Below are positions 35,916 to 48,602 of a stretch of 64,000 nt of DNA, in pieces. Origin of the DNA: Lepidodermella squamata (lineage: Eukaryota; Animalia; Gastrotricha); NCBI GenBank assembly GCA_047495785.1, contig JBLDXI010000033.1, forward strand, positions 124,001 through 188,000, read 5' to 3'. Under the pieces are notes generated by a model. It searched no databases and was not told the origin of the DNA. It saw only the letters and a program-made list of their open reading frames with translations. The position numbers and the translations under genes were made by a program. Within the stretch, counting starts at the first letter, position 1. Each line of letters opens with the position of its first letter.

Positions 35916-38900
35916 TTATTCAACAGGATTCAACAGCTCTGGGTTTTCAGGAAGCTCCATGACGCCTTCAACATGAACGTCATGGTGGGACCTCGACAAA
36001 TTTACACCTGTGACAGGACGATCATCTGAATTTTCCCGCACCAGAGGATTCGGAACCAATGCGGGCTCTCCGCCTGCATCAACAACATAACCAGCTGCTG
36101 CTAATTTCTGCTTTTCATTGATGTCGTTCTTCCTTCGCAGGTATTCTTCTTTCGCAACCCGGCCTCTGACAACTTGCCGTAGATCGTGAAGTCGTTTGAC
36201 TCTACTAGCATCCCGAATCCGCTTGAGGAAATGGTTGAAATTATGGCGCAGTCGATTCAAGTCTCGAGCGAGCGTTACGTAGTCCAGGCAAATGACTATT
36301 CCAATAATGAAGGCCAGAATGGATAAAACCGTTGTTCCAGTTGCAACGGCTGTAGATGATTCGTAGACTTGTTTTGTTTGCCGTACAGTTTGCGCTGTCA
36401 ACAGCGAACTTTGCACGCATTTGATAGTATCCTTCTCCCATGTAGCGTTAGCGGTGCAAAACCACTGAACGTTGACTTTCGTTTGATTCGGGGCAGGTTC
36501 GAAACCCTGGTTCCAGTCGCATTCGAATATAATGATATTCCCATAAAGAAGAGTTTCAAGTTCTGAGGAACTATTGAGTGAGCGTAATGTCGATAATTCA
36601 AAGCTGGGAGGCGTGGGACACTGAGCAACTGGGAGAATTAAATTTTTAGTGATTCCAATAATGCTCTTGGCAAACATACGTAAACAACTCAAGGTCTGGG
36701 TAGTCCATGTGCCCCACTCTGTGCATGCCTTCTCCATTTTCTCCAGGGGTACGGAATCATCGCCAGGCTCGGTGTACAAACTCGTAGCTCCAGCTGAGCA
36801 GTAAACTGTGATCTTATCCCCAAATACGTATTGAACACCTTTCGGCTTCTCGCCCTCGATGTAAGTATTAGGCTCATACGGAGGCGCAGGGCATTTAATA
36901 ACTGCGGGAAGATTAATCAGCCGTGTGGTCGGTGAATATTATTATGAAGGAACTTACTTTCACAAATAGGTTTGCCACGTGGAGTCCATGAGCCGTCAAT
37001 TTGGCAAATTTTCGTGAACAGCTTTTTGTCATTAGAAGGTTCGTAACCCGGTAAGCACGAGTAAGAAGCGACTCCGCCAGTTTCGTTGCTTGATATGTTG
37101 ACGATGACATTACTGCCACTTTCAACAGGCAGACAAGGCGGAACTAATATACATTCCTATCAATTATCGGAAGTAATATAAGTCATTCTACTCACGAATA
37201 CATTCCGGAATGCTATCGGCCCAGCTCCACCCGGATTTCGTATCCAAGGTGCAATTAGCTTCAGGCTTCGAGGTTCCAGCTAAGACATACCCTGTCTCAC
37301 ATTTGTAAGTTACTTTATCTCCAAACCCGAAGTTTGGAGACGAAGTGTAGTTGACAGCCACGCCGTTTTTTATCGAAGGCGGATCAGGACATGTAGCAAC
37401 TAAGACAATTCTGTGCATAAAAATTGGACACTTGGAAATTTAACTAACCCTTGCAAGTCGGTAGTTTGAAGTTTATCTGTCGCCAGTTTCCGCTGGTGGA
37501 GTTTGGACTTAAAGGATCGCAAATGTGGAAGCAGTTCAATTTGTATTCGTCTGGCAAATATCCCGGTTTGCAAACTACTGTCGCGGATTGAAGGTATGCA
37601 GCTTGTGATCCATAGTAACTTGGTGGTGGTGATGACAGCGCCCACATAGTTCTCGGGGGTAAGGTTATGTGTTTCGGTGTCGGAGAGCACGTCATGGAGG
37701 CGCTTGAATCTTAAATTCAGCATTAAAGCTCCATTTATATCACTAAAAATGTCGAATTACTTTGACGCTTTGAACAGGTGAACGGGCAACTGCTTTGAAC
37801 CAAGTTATCGGTCTCACAAAGACCAGAGGCTGCCCAATCTCCACAGGTACAATTTGTATCAGCGACTGCAGGTGCTACAACGTCGCATTCGCAAACCGAA
37901 TACTTCGTACAAGAAGCTGGACAAGACGCCCACATGTAAGCTAAAAACAACAGAAATAAGCAAATTTTACGGATGGATTGGCTGGAAAACTTGCAGGGAT
38001 TTGTGAGGCAGTGACCTTGTGATGCCCAGGCTGCGCATGAGCTTGGCGAGGAGTCCGATTTTGGAAATGCACACTTCAAAGTCGCTGGAAAGTAAATGAA
38101 TAATGTTGACTACCCTGTTCATGTAGCTAAGCTATTAATAATTACGCGTAGCGCAGTCAGAACCTGTCCACCCAGGCGTGCATGTACAGGTATATCCGAT
38201 TGAAGTAGTAAAATTCATTCGGCAAAGGCACTGCGGCTTAGGGGAGTATGGACAAGTGATTTCTTGGAAAAAATCAAAGATGAAAGTATTCGTATGGTGG
38301 CTAAATAGCACACTCACCTGAATTATACATTGGGCAAATGGTTTTAATTTTCAATAAATCAGCTTGGGACAGTGCACTTTTGAAGATATGCAAGCAAGCA
38401 AACTGAAAGTCGCTTCCTGCTCCACCAGCGTAAGACCTGCAAGAAATTGTCATGAAAAGCTACATGAGGAGTGAGGAGTATAGAGAAACCTGTAACCCGC
38501 AAAGAATGTTGTTGAAGTTGCTGGCGGAGTCGACTGCGCAACAGCTGAGCTGAACATGTCGTTACAGAAGATGCGAAGCGTTTTTGCTGATCCGTCGTAG
38601 ACCCATGCGACTAATTGCCAGCTAGACAAGTCACATGGCATGGAAAACCAAGCGCTAGTCGCTGGGTTTGTTAAAAGTGTCCCCGCTTCAGGGTATTGCC
38701 ATAAATGCGCAGCCATAGCCTGCCCTGATGATAGAGCATAATCCAAAATCGGCCCGACAGCTCCCTTCGTGTTAACGAAAGCAGCCATCGTCCAAGAGGA
38801 TGCTCCGAAGTTGAACTGCGCCGAGGTAAAGTTCATGTATTGGTTGTCTGCGGCCGTTTCTCCGGTCTCGAGCGCAGCTCCAGCCATTCCTGACAGTCCG

Positions 38901-39094
38901 GCGACTCTCACCACATGGTTCGCGGAGTACAGACCATCGATGTTATTGCCGGAACCATCAAATAGGCCAAATTGCCCCAAAGGATAGACGGCAAGCGGTG
39001 TCGGAAGCTGGCCATACAACGTTTTGAGCGTACTATACGACGCTCTGACCTCATCTACTCCCATTAGCAACAGCAAAATTAGTCGTAGGTGCAT
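35916..39094 (-). CDS. Type I membrane mosaic protein: LamG/ConA-like, EGF, 2x ShK, about five Sushi/CCP, TM
   Basis: Signal peptide; AVYPL...WTMAAFV...WQLVAWVYDG (LamG-like); YTCTCTPGWTGSDC (EGF); CAAWASQGHC...CPASC and CGDWAASGLC...CPFTC (ShK); CPDPPSIKNG...YKCETGY (Sushi); TM TVLSILAFIIGIVICL. Multi-exon. Confidence 0.8.
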
Positions 39095-41227
39095 AATTTC
39101 AGATTTCGCGGGGACAATTTCCAGAACTGAAGACACACGACTGAAGAAGTTTGTCTCATTAGCGCCATCATGAATGATTTAAACAGCACCTGAGCCGGCA
39201 ATGTTGTGATGCATCCCAGGCCTAGAATCGAATGCTTTAATATTTTCAGTTCGAATTTTTTCCTCCTTAATTGTTCTATCACTCGATAGTGTTGATGGAA
39301 ACCCATTCCATATTCGTTGCAGCAGATAGTTTGTAGCACGCATATGTCTTGTCGTCACTGGGTTACTGGTATCGAAGCAAAAAATGTTATTTTTCGCGGC
39401 TTAGACGCATCATCGACGAATTTTTTCCCGATTACTGCGTTCTTTATTCGAGACTACCAGCATTCACACCTTATTTTGTCAAACAGAATGCCCGAGCTTC
39501 GGAATGCTGCCGATTATTTTCTAAAAAATCGCCCTCATTTCTTGGAATATTTTTCCAGCGTTTGCTACTCCCTCGAGAATGGCGCGTCAAAATAGGTCGA
39601 GTAGAAAAAAATCAAATTGCGTGACTTTGACGGCTGAATGCTGAGAAATCAACTCTCTTGAGATGGAAGTTTCTGGGTGTGGCATTTCTCGAGCTTCTAT
39701 CAAAAGTTTTCCGGTTTTCTTTTTCCACGTTCCACGTAATTCCAAGAATTCCAAAATATTCCTAATTCCGAAGAACAACACCAATTCTTGCATATTCTCA
39801 CGTCTTTTATTTGATTTTTTGGCATTTGTTATTCATCCTTGTTAGTGCAACACTCGCACATCACTTCTTCACGCACCTTTTTCCAGATGCAGCGAAAAAA
39901 ACGGAGATAATATTACATAGAAGTAGCATGGTAAGATGATTTAATAGTATAGGATAATAAGAGAGAAAGAAACGTGATTTTTTCCGTATTATTTCTTCAT
40001 AACAAACATATCGCGATTTGTTTATTTACGTCGATATACCAGAATTGGGTACGTATTTTTTCAACCACTCGTGCCTAACAACCAGCAGCTTTGAAATAAT
40101 AACGATAAATCATGATCATTCAAAATCGATCGAGAGCAATTCTATAATCATGTTCTACGTACAACTTTTCCGAGGTAAATCCTAAAGTACTCCCTGTTTT
40201 TCTCCTAACAACAAAAGCATCAGAGAAAACGACATTTTACAGTATAATTAATTAATTTAATAACCGATTTTTGTTGTTGAAATAATTCACATCCGAGGGA
40301 AGCATGATATATATACGTAACGTATAAAGAGAGCAGTATTTTTTTTCTCGAATAATTTATGCGTTTCCTGCGTCCTATATCAATTTACACGCTACATTTA
40401 GAAAAATAATGATGCCGCGGTTTAAAAAAAAGTAACACAGACTTTTCAAGAATAATAACAATTACAAAAAGAACATTTCGCCATGCATTCCAGCCCATAG
40501 ACCTATAATATTTTATAATCAACTGATGATTAGTGCAACACCATAAAGCACCACATGTAAATTTTGTTTAGTTTGCGAAATAAACGTTGAGAAGGATTGC
40601 CAATGTAGTTAGTCGACTATTATTTTTTGAGTATAACAAGCCTCCGTGAATTCGTATAGTATATAATGACATTAGTTCAGTGATTATTTCCCACGAATTT
40701 GACTACATCAAGTCGATAATTATTAATTTAACGATTATATTATAAGAAAGAACCGAAAGAAGTAAACTGGCACATGTCTCGTGTTGTTCGTAATTGTTTA
40801 AGAAAATCCGTCTAAATTGTCTGGAATTACTATTTCGTCATTATCTACAACTCAGTTTCAAATAGAAAAGATATAAGAAAAATATAACAACTAAATCAAT
40901 AATTTCCGAGGAAAATCTTTTCCGAAGAGCAAAAAACGAGCGAGAAATTATTATATATTTTAGTTTATTTATTACAATAGTAATGAGGATATGTTTATAC
41001 AACTTTAGAGAAAGACGCGTCGAATTTTAAAAGTGACAGTTGTAATCCAGAAAATCCAGTACTTAGACTTGAATCGGCTTTTGCAGTTTTTTTTAGAATG
41101 AATCGTGTGATCGCGCGTGAACACAAAACCATGAAGAGAAAATCGAAGACCGCGGTTGAAGATCCGAAAATCGAAGAAAGAAATGAACTCAGTCGCTGAT
41201 TTTGTCGATTTTTTCCGTCACGCTATT

Positions 41228-44200
41228 TTACTCGCTCGACGGCGAACTCGCCGCTTGCGCCTGTTGCTGCGGCCCTGCTAGCACCATCTGTTCGGCCAGC
41301 CGATCCAGACTTGTTTTCACCTTTAAAAAATCAATAAATAAATATAAAAAATTTCAAAAATTCAAGGAAATTAGGAATTTTTATGAGAGAATAAAAAATG
41401 ATGATACTTACACGTCCCAACATGGTAGCACTGGTGTCGAGCGTGTTCAGCAGATTCTCCTCGGGCGAGCACGATACCGACGAGCAATAGCGTTGATATC
41501 CCTGAGCTATCATCAGTTCAATGTTATTGATGCGATAAGATATGTGTACACTGACTAGCACCGTCACGAGCAACCTGCGAGATACGTACAAATAATTAAC
41601 CGAAATTAATTTCACCATACCATCAAAACATGGCATTTTTGATAACAATATGCGCGTCTTAACTCCGTTCCGAGGGCAAACTAGTTGCGGACTTCAATTA
41701 TATTATCTCATGGTCCGGTGTATTAGGATTAATGATGTTAATCAAGAGGAAAACTCATCATTTACACATGTCCCTTGAATGACCTAGCGGGAAAATTAAG
41801 AATTTACCTACGGAATTTCGTTATTTTTAGAAAATATTTTTATTTAGCAGTCGGCTAAATTTTAAAAGGGAAAAGCGAAAAAATATATAAAATTGCGAAT
41901 TTAATAAATAAAAATTCCAGCTTAATAATTTTTTCTTAAATATTTTAGCCTTAATTAAACTTGATCCAATTCCGGTCATCTTTTAAACTAACATTAAAAA
42001 GCAGATCATAAGGTAATTCGATGTGTTGGCCTGGTTCCAGTTGGCCTCGCTCGACACAGGCGCCGCGTGGCCAGAGTGCGTTTTCTGCGGAATGCCGCCG
42101 TTGGCAAATCGTTGCTGATGTTGATTAGACGTCAATGCCCCGCCTAGACTCGAATTCGCATTGACCGTACCAGATTTCGGGTAGGACGGCGGTTCTTCGT
42201 CCAGCCCTGTCTGAGCCAGGTACCGCGAATGCGTCCGGTCGATCAACTGCGGGTGCGATAGACCAGGCAGTTGTTGCTGGCTTTGAAGCAGTGTCGCCGG
42301 GTCTTCGCTCGACCCGTCGCCCGGCACCGGCGTCACCGAGGTTGTCGACGCTGTTGTAGGATCGCTAGCGCCGAGTAGTAAATTAGCACCAACTTCGTTG
42401 ACCGGCAGTGATTCAATGCCATTTAGGAGCGGGCCGTCGACTAGAGCGCCGAGTTCGAGCGCCGTCTGGCATCGGGGCGCGCCGCCCAGAAGGCCGGCCG
42501 TGTCCGGGGTCGACGGGCCGATCGAGGCGTTGGCGCGGTTCTTCTCTAGCACCTTAACGAGCAGTTTAAAAGTCTGCTTCCGCGATAATAGCGATCCAAA
42601 GACATACTGCAAATTGAAAAAAGAATAATTAATTTACACCTAATTAACAGCCTCGAAAATTCTTTAATTTAAATCATTTCAATCGATTGCGAAATCCCCT
42701 TAGATATTAGGTGTGATTTTCGTCTTGAAACCGGGCAATAAAAAGCAATTATCGGAGAAAAAAATCAATGTAAACAAACTTTGTTTTGTTGAGTGACGAT
42801 GCCAACGGCATTCGGGATAAGATACGCCACTTTTTCGAGAGTAATACTTAGAACCTCGGCAACCGGAATGATAATCTGAAATCAAGAAAAAAATCAAACG
42901 CATCGCTCGGTTATTCGATTGAAAAAATACCTGAGTTTTAACACCGAATAATGTTGATGAAAAGCAGAAGTAATTACGCGAGACGTAGAGATAGCCTTGA
43001 GTGAGAATTTCACCGACATAAGCGCAGGAATAATCTAAACAATAAACAGAAATAAATTCCTGTAATAATCGAAAAATAAATCAACTCACAATTGATCAGA
43101 ACTTCAGTCCGCGGTATATCTGAGAACATTTTCAGAAATTTGACTGCATGCTGTTTTTTGATAGTTCCATCGACAGCCTGAAACAGAATAAAAAATCATT
43201 GCAATAGGAATTTAAGAAAAAAGCTAACGGACATCGAGTCTTATTTTAAACACAGCTACCGCGGCTAACATGGTTTTTCTTGAGCAGGGAAAATTATACG
43301 AAATACTGCAGTATTTCCGTTTGAGTAAAACAGATACGACGCAGCGCCGTGAACGTTATACGTCAAATTACGCTATATAATGTGCATTGCATGTGGACGC
43401 ATGGCATTTAAAAGCGGGCCTTGAGATTGCGTGAATGAAGCAAGCAGCTTCGTCTTTTTGCTGCGCTATTCACAGCGGCTAAACAAGCGGGAAAACGTTG
43501 CGTTGCAGCCACCGGTAAACAAGAGACAGTGCGGCTGAGATCAAACAGGGACGCACAATACGCGCTTAGAAAGTGGAGCGTAACCCTTCGAGCGCGCGCG
43601 CCGAATAAACAGAACTGGCAAATACTCTGGCATTAAAGTACACAGTATCGAACCTGAGCGAGGTGTTTTATCCCTTCGTCGACACGAAAGTCGAGAGGCG
43701 CGTCGAAATACGACAAGTCTTCCATTATTTTTAGGCAATTTCAAATCCGCAATTGTCTTAAAGAAACAATAAAACAACACTTTATCGCTTTCTAGAGCTC
43801 GCGAAGAAACTGCTGTAATGGTACAAAGTACACATGCGATAACACACTAGTGTAATTAAGACAAAAGCGATTAGTGTTGCGCAAACAATGAACTGCTTAT
43901 CTTAATCCCACAAACGGAGATTTATAATCACCTGACGCGCGCAGTGTTGCGACACAGCTAAAAAAACTTACAATTTCATCCTCGTCGATTTTTAAATTAG
44001 CATCGACAAGATCAGTCTTGCTGTCGATTAATGCGTGACTAGCTAGAGCGTAATCAGAGCTGGATGTTTCCAGACCACCGGCACTGCCTGGAATACCTCT
44101 TTGGCCGGTGACAGGTGTGCATCCGTTGATATTATTGATGGAAGAACCGTCTTTCTCCGGAACCATTGATGACTTCCTCGAGGACTGACTCTTGCCGAAA

Positions 44201-46850
44201 GTTCCTTTAGTCTTGAAAAAGATATTGAATTCGGACGCGGAGCTGAAAATATAAACGAGAACATTTCAACACACGAAAACAGATTCATCGCAATTCTTTA
44301 GGTGCAAGCCCAGCGAACAGTTATGAGAAAGCGTGCATTTTGTGCGAAGTAGCAACCTACCGAGTGTGCTTAAATCCATTTTTCAAGACTTTGTCCATCA
44401 AGTTATCAATGCGCATCAGATCTCAGAAAGATGATTGTCAAATGCTTGATATGTACACGGGTTGGTGAAGGTGGCAATAGATAGCAATGAGGTACTTTAT
44501 GAACAACTCATTATATCGTAGGGTATAAAATCTAAACAGATTCTAGAATTAATAAAGCCTAACACATAGTATAAAGAATTAAGAATTCATTAGGTGGCAT
44601 AGCGATAATGAGCAACAGCTTTGACTAAATGGAATACGGCATTGCAAGACATGAAGATTCAACATAAATAATTCCCGGTTCCCTCTGCGCTACTAGCCCT
44701 CGGCAGTTGATATATGAAGACTGAAAGTGTAAAGAGTAAAAAATAGGCAGTTTGATGAGTGGTCGCTGCCATTACAAGTGCACAGAACAGATGCATATGG
44801 GCCCACCACACCCTACAAACTTATATTGATCTGCTATATGAATTAATCAGCTTTGAATCAGAAAACCATGGCACCACCGCCCATACGACCGGCACTTGAT
44901 TTCATGTTAAAACCCCATGCCGTAGATAAGAACACTCGTTTTTTTCTGTGTTTCAGCCAAAGAATGATAGCAGCAAGGGATACTATTACTCAATAGAGCA
45001 TTAAAGTAATGGCAGATGTTAGATAGCGCGAAATTATTGACGACGAACAAAAAGGTGTCAGGAGACACACCTGTGGAGGCGTCAAAAAGCGATCCTAGAG
45101 ATAACGCAATTGTAGGACAAACCCACTTGGCAGTGGCTACGCGGTCACGCCACTAAAACAATATTTTACAAAATTTGAGCGCCAAAACTCGAATAGTTTT
45201 GAATGATAATAAATGAAAACAAAAATTTATCAGTTGAAAGTTTAATTTAAATCTATAAATATATTCAAGTATTGATTTAAAAAATACATTTTGTAGCATG
45301 GAGGTCTGACCGAAAAGCGGATTTTTCAGATCAAAGTGATCGTCAACCTCGCGAAGCTTGGGTGGTAAATATAAATTGATACTATTAAGCGCAGTTCTGG
45401 AAGCTAGAATGATCTTCGAATGATCTGAACTTAGCTGAGAATGAGTCACGAAGAATGCATGCAAGCATTATCTTAACAAGCCGAGCCCAGATGCTCAATG
45501 CTTCAAGCGTTATCACTCACTGATAAGCGGTTGCAACAAGAACTGCGCTTCAGGGATGCTTAACTGCTTGCGAAAGTGCTGGGCAAGATTCAATGCTGGC
45601 GTATGTACAAATGATTACACACACGCATAAATAATTTACGAGTTTGCCGACAATAGCTGCAAATGATTGGCTCGCTCGAAAGGTGTGAAGTTCGAGTACA
45701 TTCAGAAAGTAATAACGGATAAAACTTAATGTTAGCGGGCATGCATACAGTCTTAGAGGTCGAGCTTTCGAATTAGCAACGGTTGCAGACGATTGCATGC
45801 CCGATCAAACTCCATCAATCAATCACATGTATCAACCTAACCATGGCCTAACCCTCGAAAATACTTGTTATTTTTGTTTTTACAAACCTGAGTATTAATC
45901 GATGGCCATGGATCTCGAAGTCTGCAGCACTGCTCGATGGATGGCCGAATCGTTAATGCATTTCATTAAAGTCATGCATTAGGGTTCAACATATAAATCA
46001 CAAGGGTTTCCGCCGTAGAAATGGTTCTCTTCAAGTATAACTGAAGCTAATAAAAGACAACTGAAAGTTATTGGCATATGCACTAGCACAATATGTATGA
46101 CCAAGGGATGAAACAAATTACACAGGGTGGGACAAGATGGCAATAAAATGGGTTCTTAGATGCACCTAAGTGGTTCGAAAATTCCAAAAATTCCATGTAC
46201 TGATTTTATATCTGCTGTCGCGATGGGGCCACTTTAAAGACATAGCTTTTGAGTGAATTACGATTTACAAGAACGTCTTGTATATAGCGAAACAAATTTT
46301 CTGCTACGAATCAATCAATATATATTTTCTAGATATCACAATATGACGCTCGCTTGCCTCTTGATATTGCAGAAGCAGCAAAAAATTCACTAGCTACAGA
46401 AGGAGAGAGAAGGAGATGGAGGACAGACAAGAAGGCGGCGCAAAAAAACTACGTCTCAAATATGCAATATGCGCAGCGTACAAAACGCCTCGCATACGAT
46501 TTTAAGTGTATCCTTGCTGTAGTGCGCCAATTATCGAACGATTTTCTATACATCACGCATGAGCGCGAGCGCATTTTCATTATTATTACGCGCGTAAAAT
46601 TCTAATAATAATAGTAAAAAACGATAGCGGAGCCGTATAAAAAATATCACTCTTCATGAGAAAAATGCATTGTCGCAAATCGATAAAACCACGCCACCCA
46701 AATACGCTTGTAATTGAAGCTTTCGGACCATTTTTTTATATTTATCGGAAAAATTGCGTAAAGCATTAATGCGAGGGAGAAAAATAACTTAATTTCACCA
46801 TCACGTGTCGTTTCAAGCCGCAACAGTGCTTACCTTTTCAAATTTCGCAT
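41228..46850 (-). CDS. GRAM-domain protein with a C-terminal TM segment (GRAMD2-like)
   Basis: Spliced exons give FLKMFSDIPRTEVLIN / YSCAYVGEILTQGYLYVSRNYFCFSSTLFG / TREKVAYLIPNAVGI / YVFGSLLSRKQTFKLL. The first exon MRNLKS (46850) is phase-compatible with the acceptor at ~44243; the 5' end is less certain. Confidence 0.82.
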
Positions 46851-47371
46851 GGAGATTTGCGTCACAATCACTCGCCCGAGAAAAGTTCCGCTTGACCGAG
46901 AGTGAACTTCTAGCCGAAAAATGACTAAAAATTAACGTTAAAAAGCTGATACTAAGCATATCCTTCTGTGAAATTACACTGATTGAGGAAGTTCGTAGTC
47001 AAATTAAGATCGCCACTGTTGAACCGCGCTGCACGTTGAACTGCTAAAGCGTGAAATTTTAGTCGAAAACGCTTCTCCAGAAACTTCGATCAAGGGTGTG
47101 CAATACTTTGATATCGAAAATGAAAAAAATGTGCTTTTACTGATCGGCGCAACAGGAAAAAAGTCGAGAGCAAATATAAGCGCGCGCTATTTTTTGCCGC
47201 TCGTTATATGCGCCGACAAAAAATAATTAAATTTCGGTATAGATTTGCTTTCAACATGTTTTCATCGGCTGATTTTTGGCAGCTCGTTATCAAAGAGAAA
47301 TTTCTCGAAAATATTGCAATAATTCTTTTATTATTTTCATGACGTTTGATTTTTCTCAATTTCTACTATAG

Positions 47372-48515
47372 TTAATCTTGATAATACGTATAAGGTGACC
47401 GACATATATGAGGGTAACAAGGCTGAGCTAGTTTAACAGTCGGATGATTTTCTGCATTTAAAGGCACCATATTGTGACCAGTTAGCCGCCCCTGCTCCTC
47501 GTAAGTAGATTCCGGCCACGGTTCTTGCGGGTTCGGAAATACGGTTATATTCCATTTTTTCGCTAATAAACTAAAAACCGTTTGATCGTGCCGGTTCGAT
47601 ACGAAATTAGGCGATTCCTCGCGGTGAGAACTCGCGTCGTTGCCAACTATCCGCTCGTCTTGGGCGTAAGTCAGCCATTCTGCGACGAATCGAAGTGACT
47701 TTGCACTTCTTCGCATTATGTTGTAGCCAGCCATGACCTGGGCAGTTTTCCGAAATTCACTTTCATTCGCCTCGAGATTCATGAAGAAAAACGCATCAGC
47801 TTTAGACCATTCATCTTCGACGTATTCTTGATAAAACGTAACGATATCAACACCTAATTGATGCTGAAAAAGTAACGTGATTTAGATTAGGAAAAATATG
47901 AAAAATTCGAGATAAACCTGTAAGCAAATGTAAGGCTTTATTGAGTTGTAAACACGATGATCGCCATCCAAGTTGAATAAATAATCGCCATCTTTCATTG
48001 CCAAGAGTGTGTGGAAAACGATGTAGGGTTTCCACAACCAAAGACCTGAGAAAATTGTCAAAAAATTCCACGCGAGACTGGTAAATTTTAATTATACCTC
48101 CGCCAGTGGATGCGCTGAGAACTTTGTTATTGACCCACCGAAATTCGTCGTCGAGAAAATCAGGCGAAAATGAAAGACATACGTCTAGTTCGCCAGCTTG
48201 TAATGCTGTATGGCAACTTCGCCTTTGCTCCTCCCGCCTTGATTCCGAATCGCCGTAATTTATCACAACAATTTTAGGCCTCTTTCTTTCGTTTTCGAAC
48301 AACGGGCAAGGCGCGGGATTGACTTTTCGTGCTTCTAATTGCTCTTCAGTCGGGTATCTCACGAAAATTCCCTTCGATTCGGCCAGAAATTTAGGGTCGA
48401 AAATCGATTCCCTCTCGTTTTCATCGATAGAGTTAGCGACCATATTTAAAATAAATAGTGTCCAACATGATAAGATCAAAAGGGTCATCAATCCATAAAA
48501 ATTGGACCCTCTCAT
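47372..48515 (-). CDS. Type II membrane glycosyltransferase-like protein (GGGxWxWKPY / DxD / RHDQ family)
   Basis: N-terminal TM anchor. Three exons splice to STGGGLWLWKPYIV...DGDYLFNLDGD...EDEWSKADAFFFM...WLTYAQDERIV...FVSNRHDQTVFSLLAKKW. Confidence 0.75.
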
Positions 48516-48602
48516 GATGTCTAAAACGTAACTAGAAAAATTCATTTTTTTAAATAATTTTTTTTTTAATTTCAAGTCGATCTATTTAAACTGAATTTAT
48601 TG

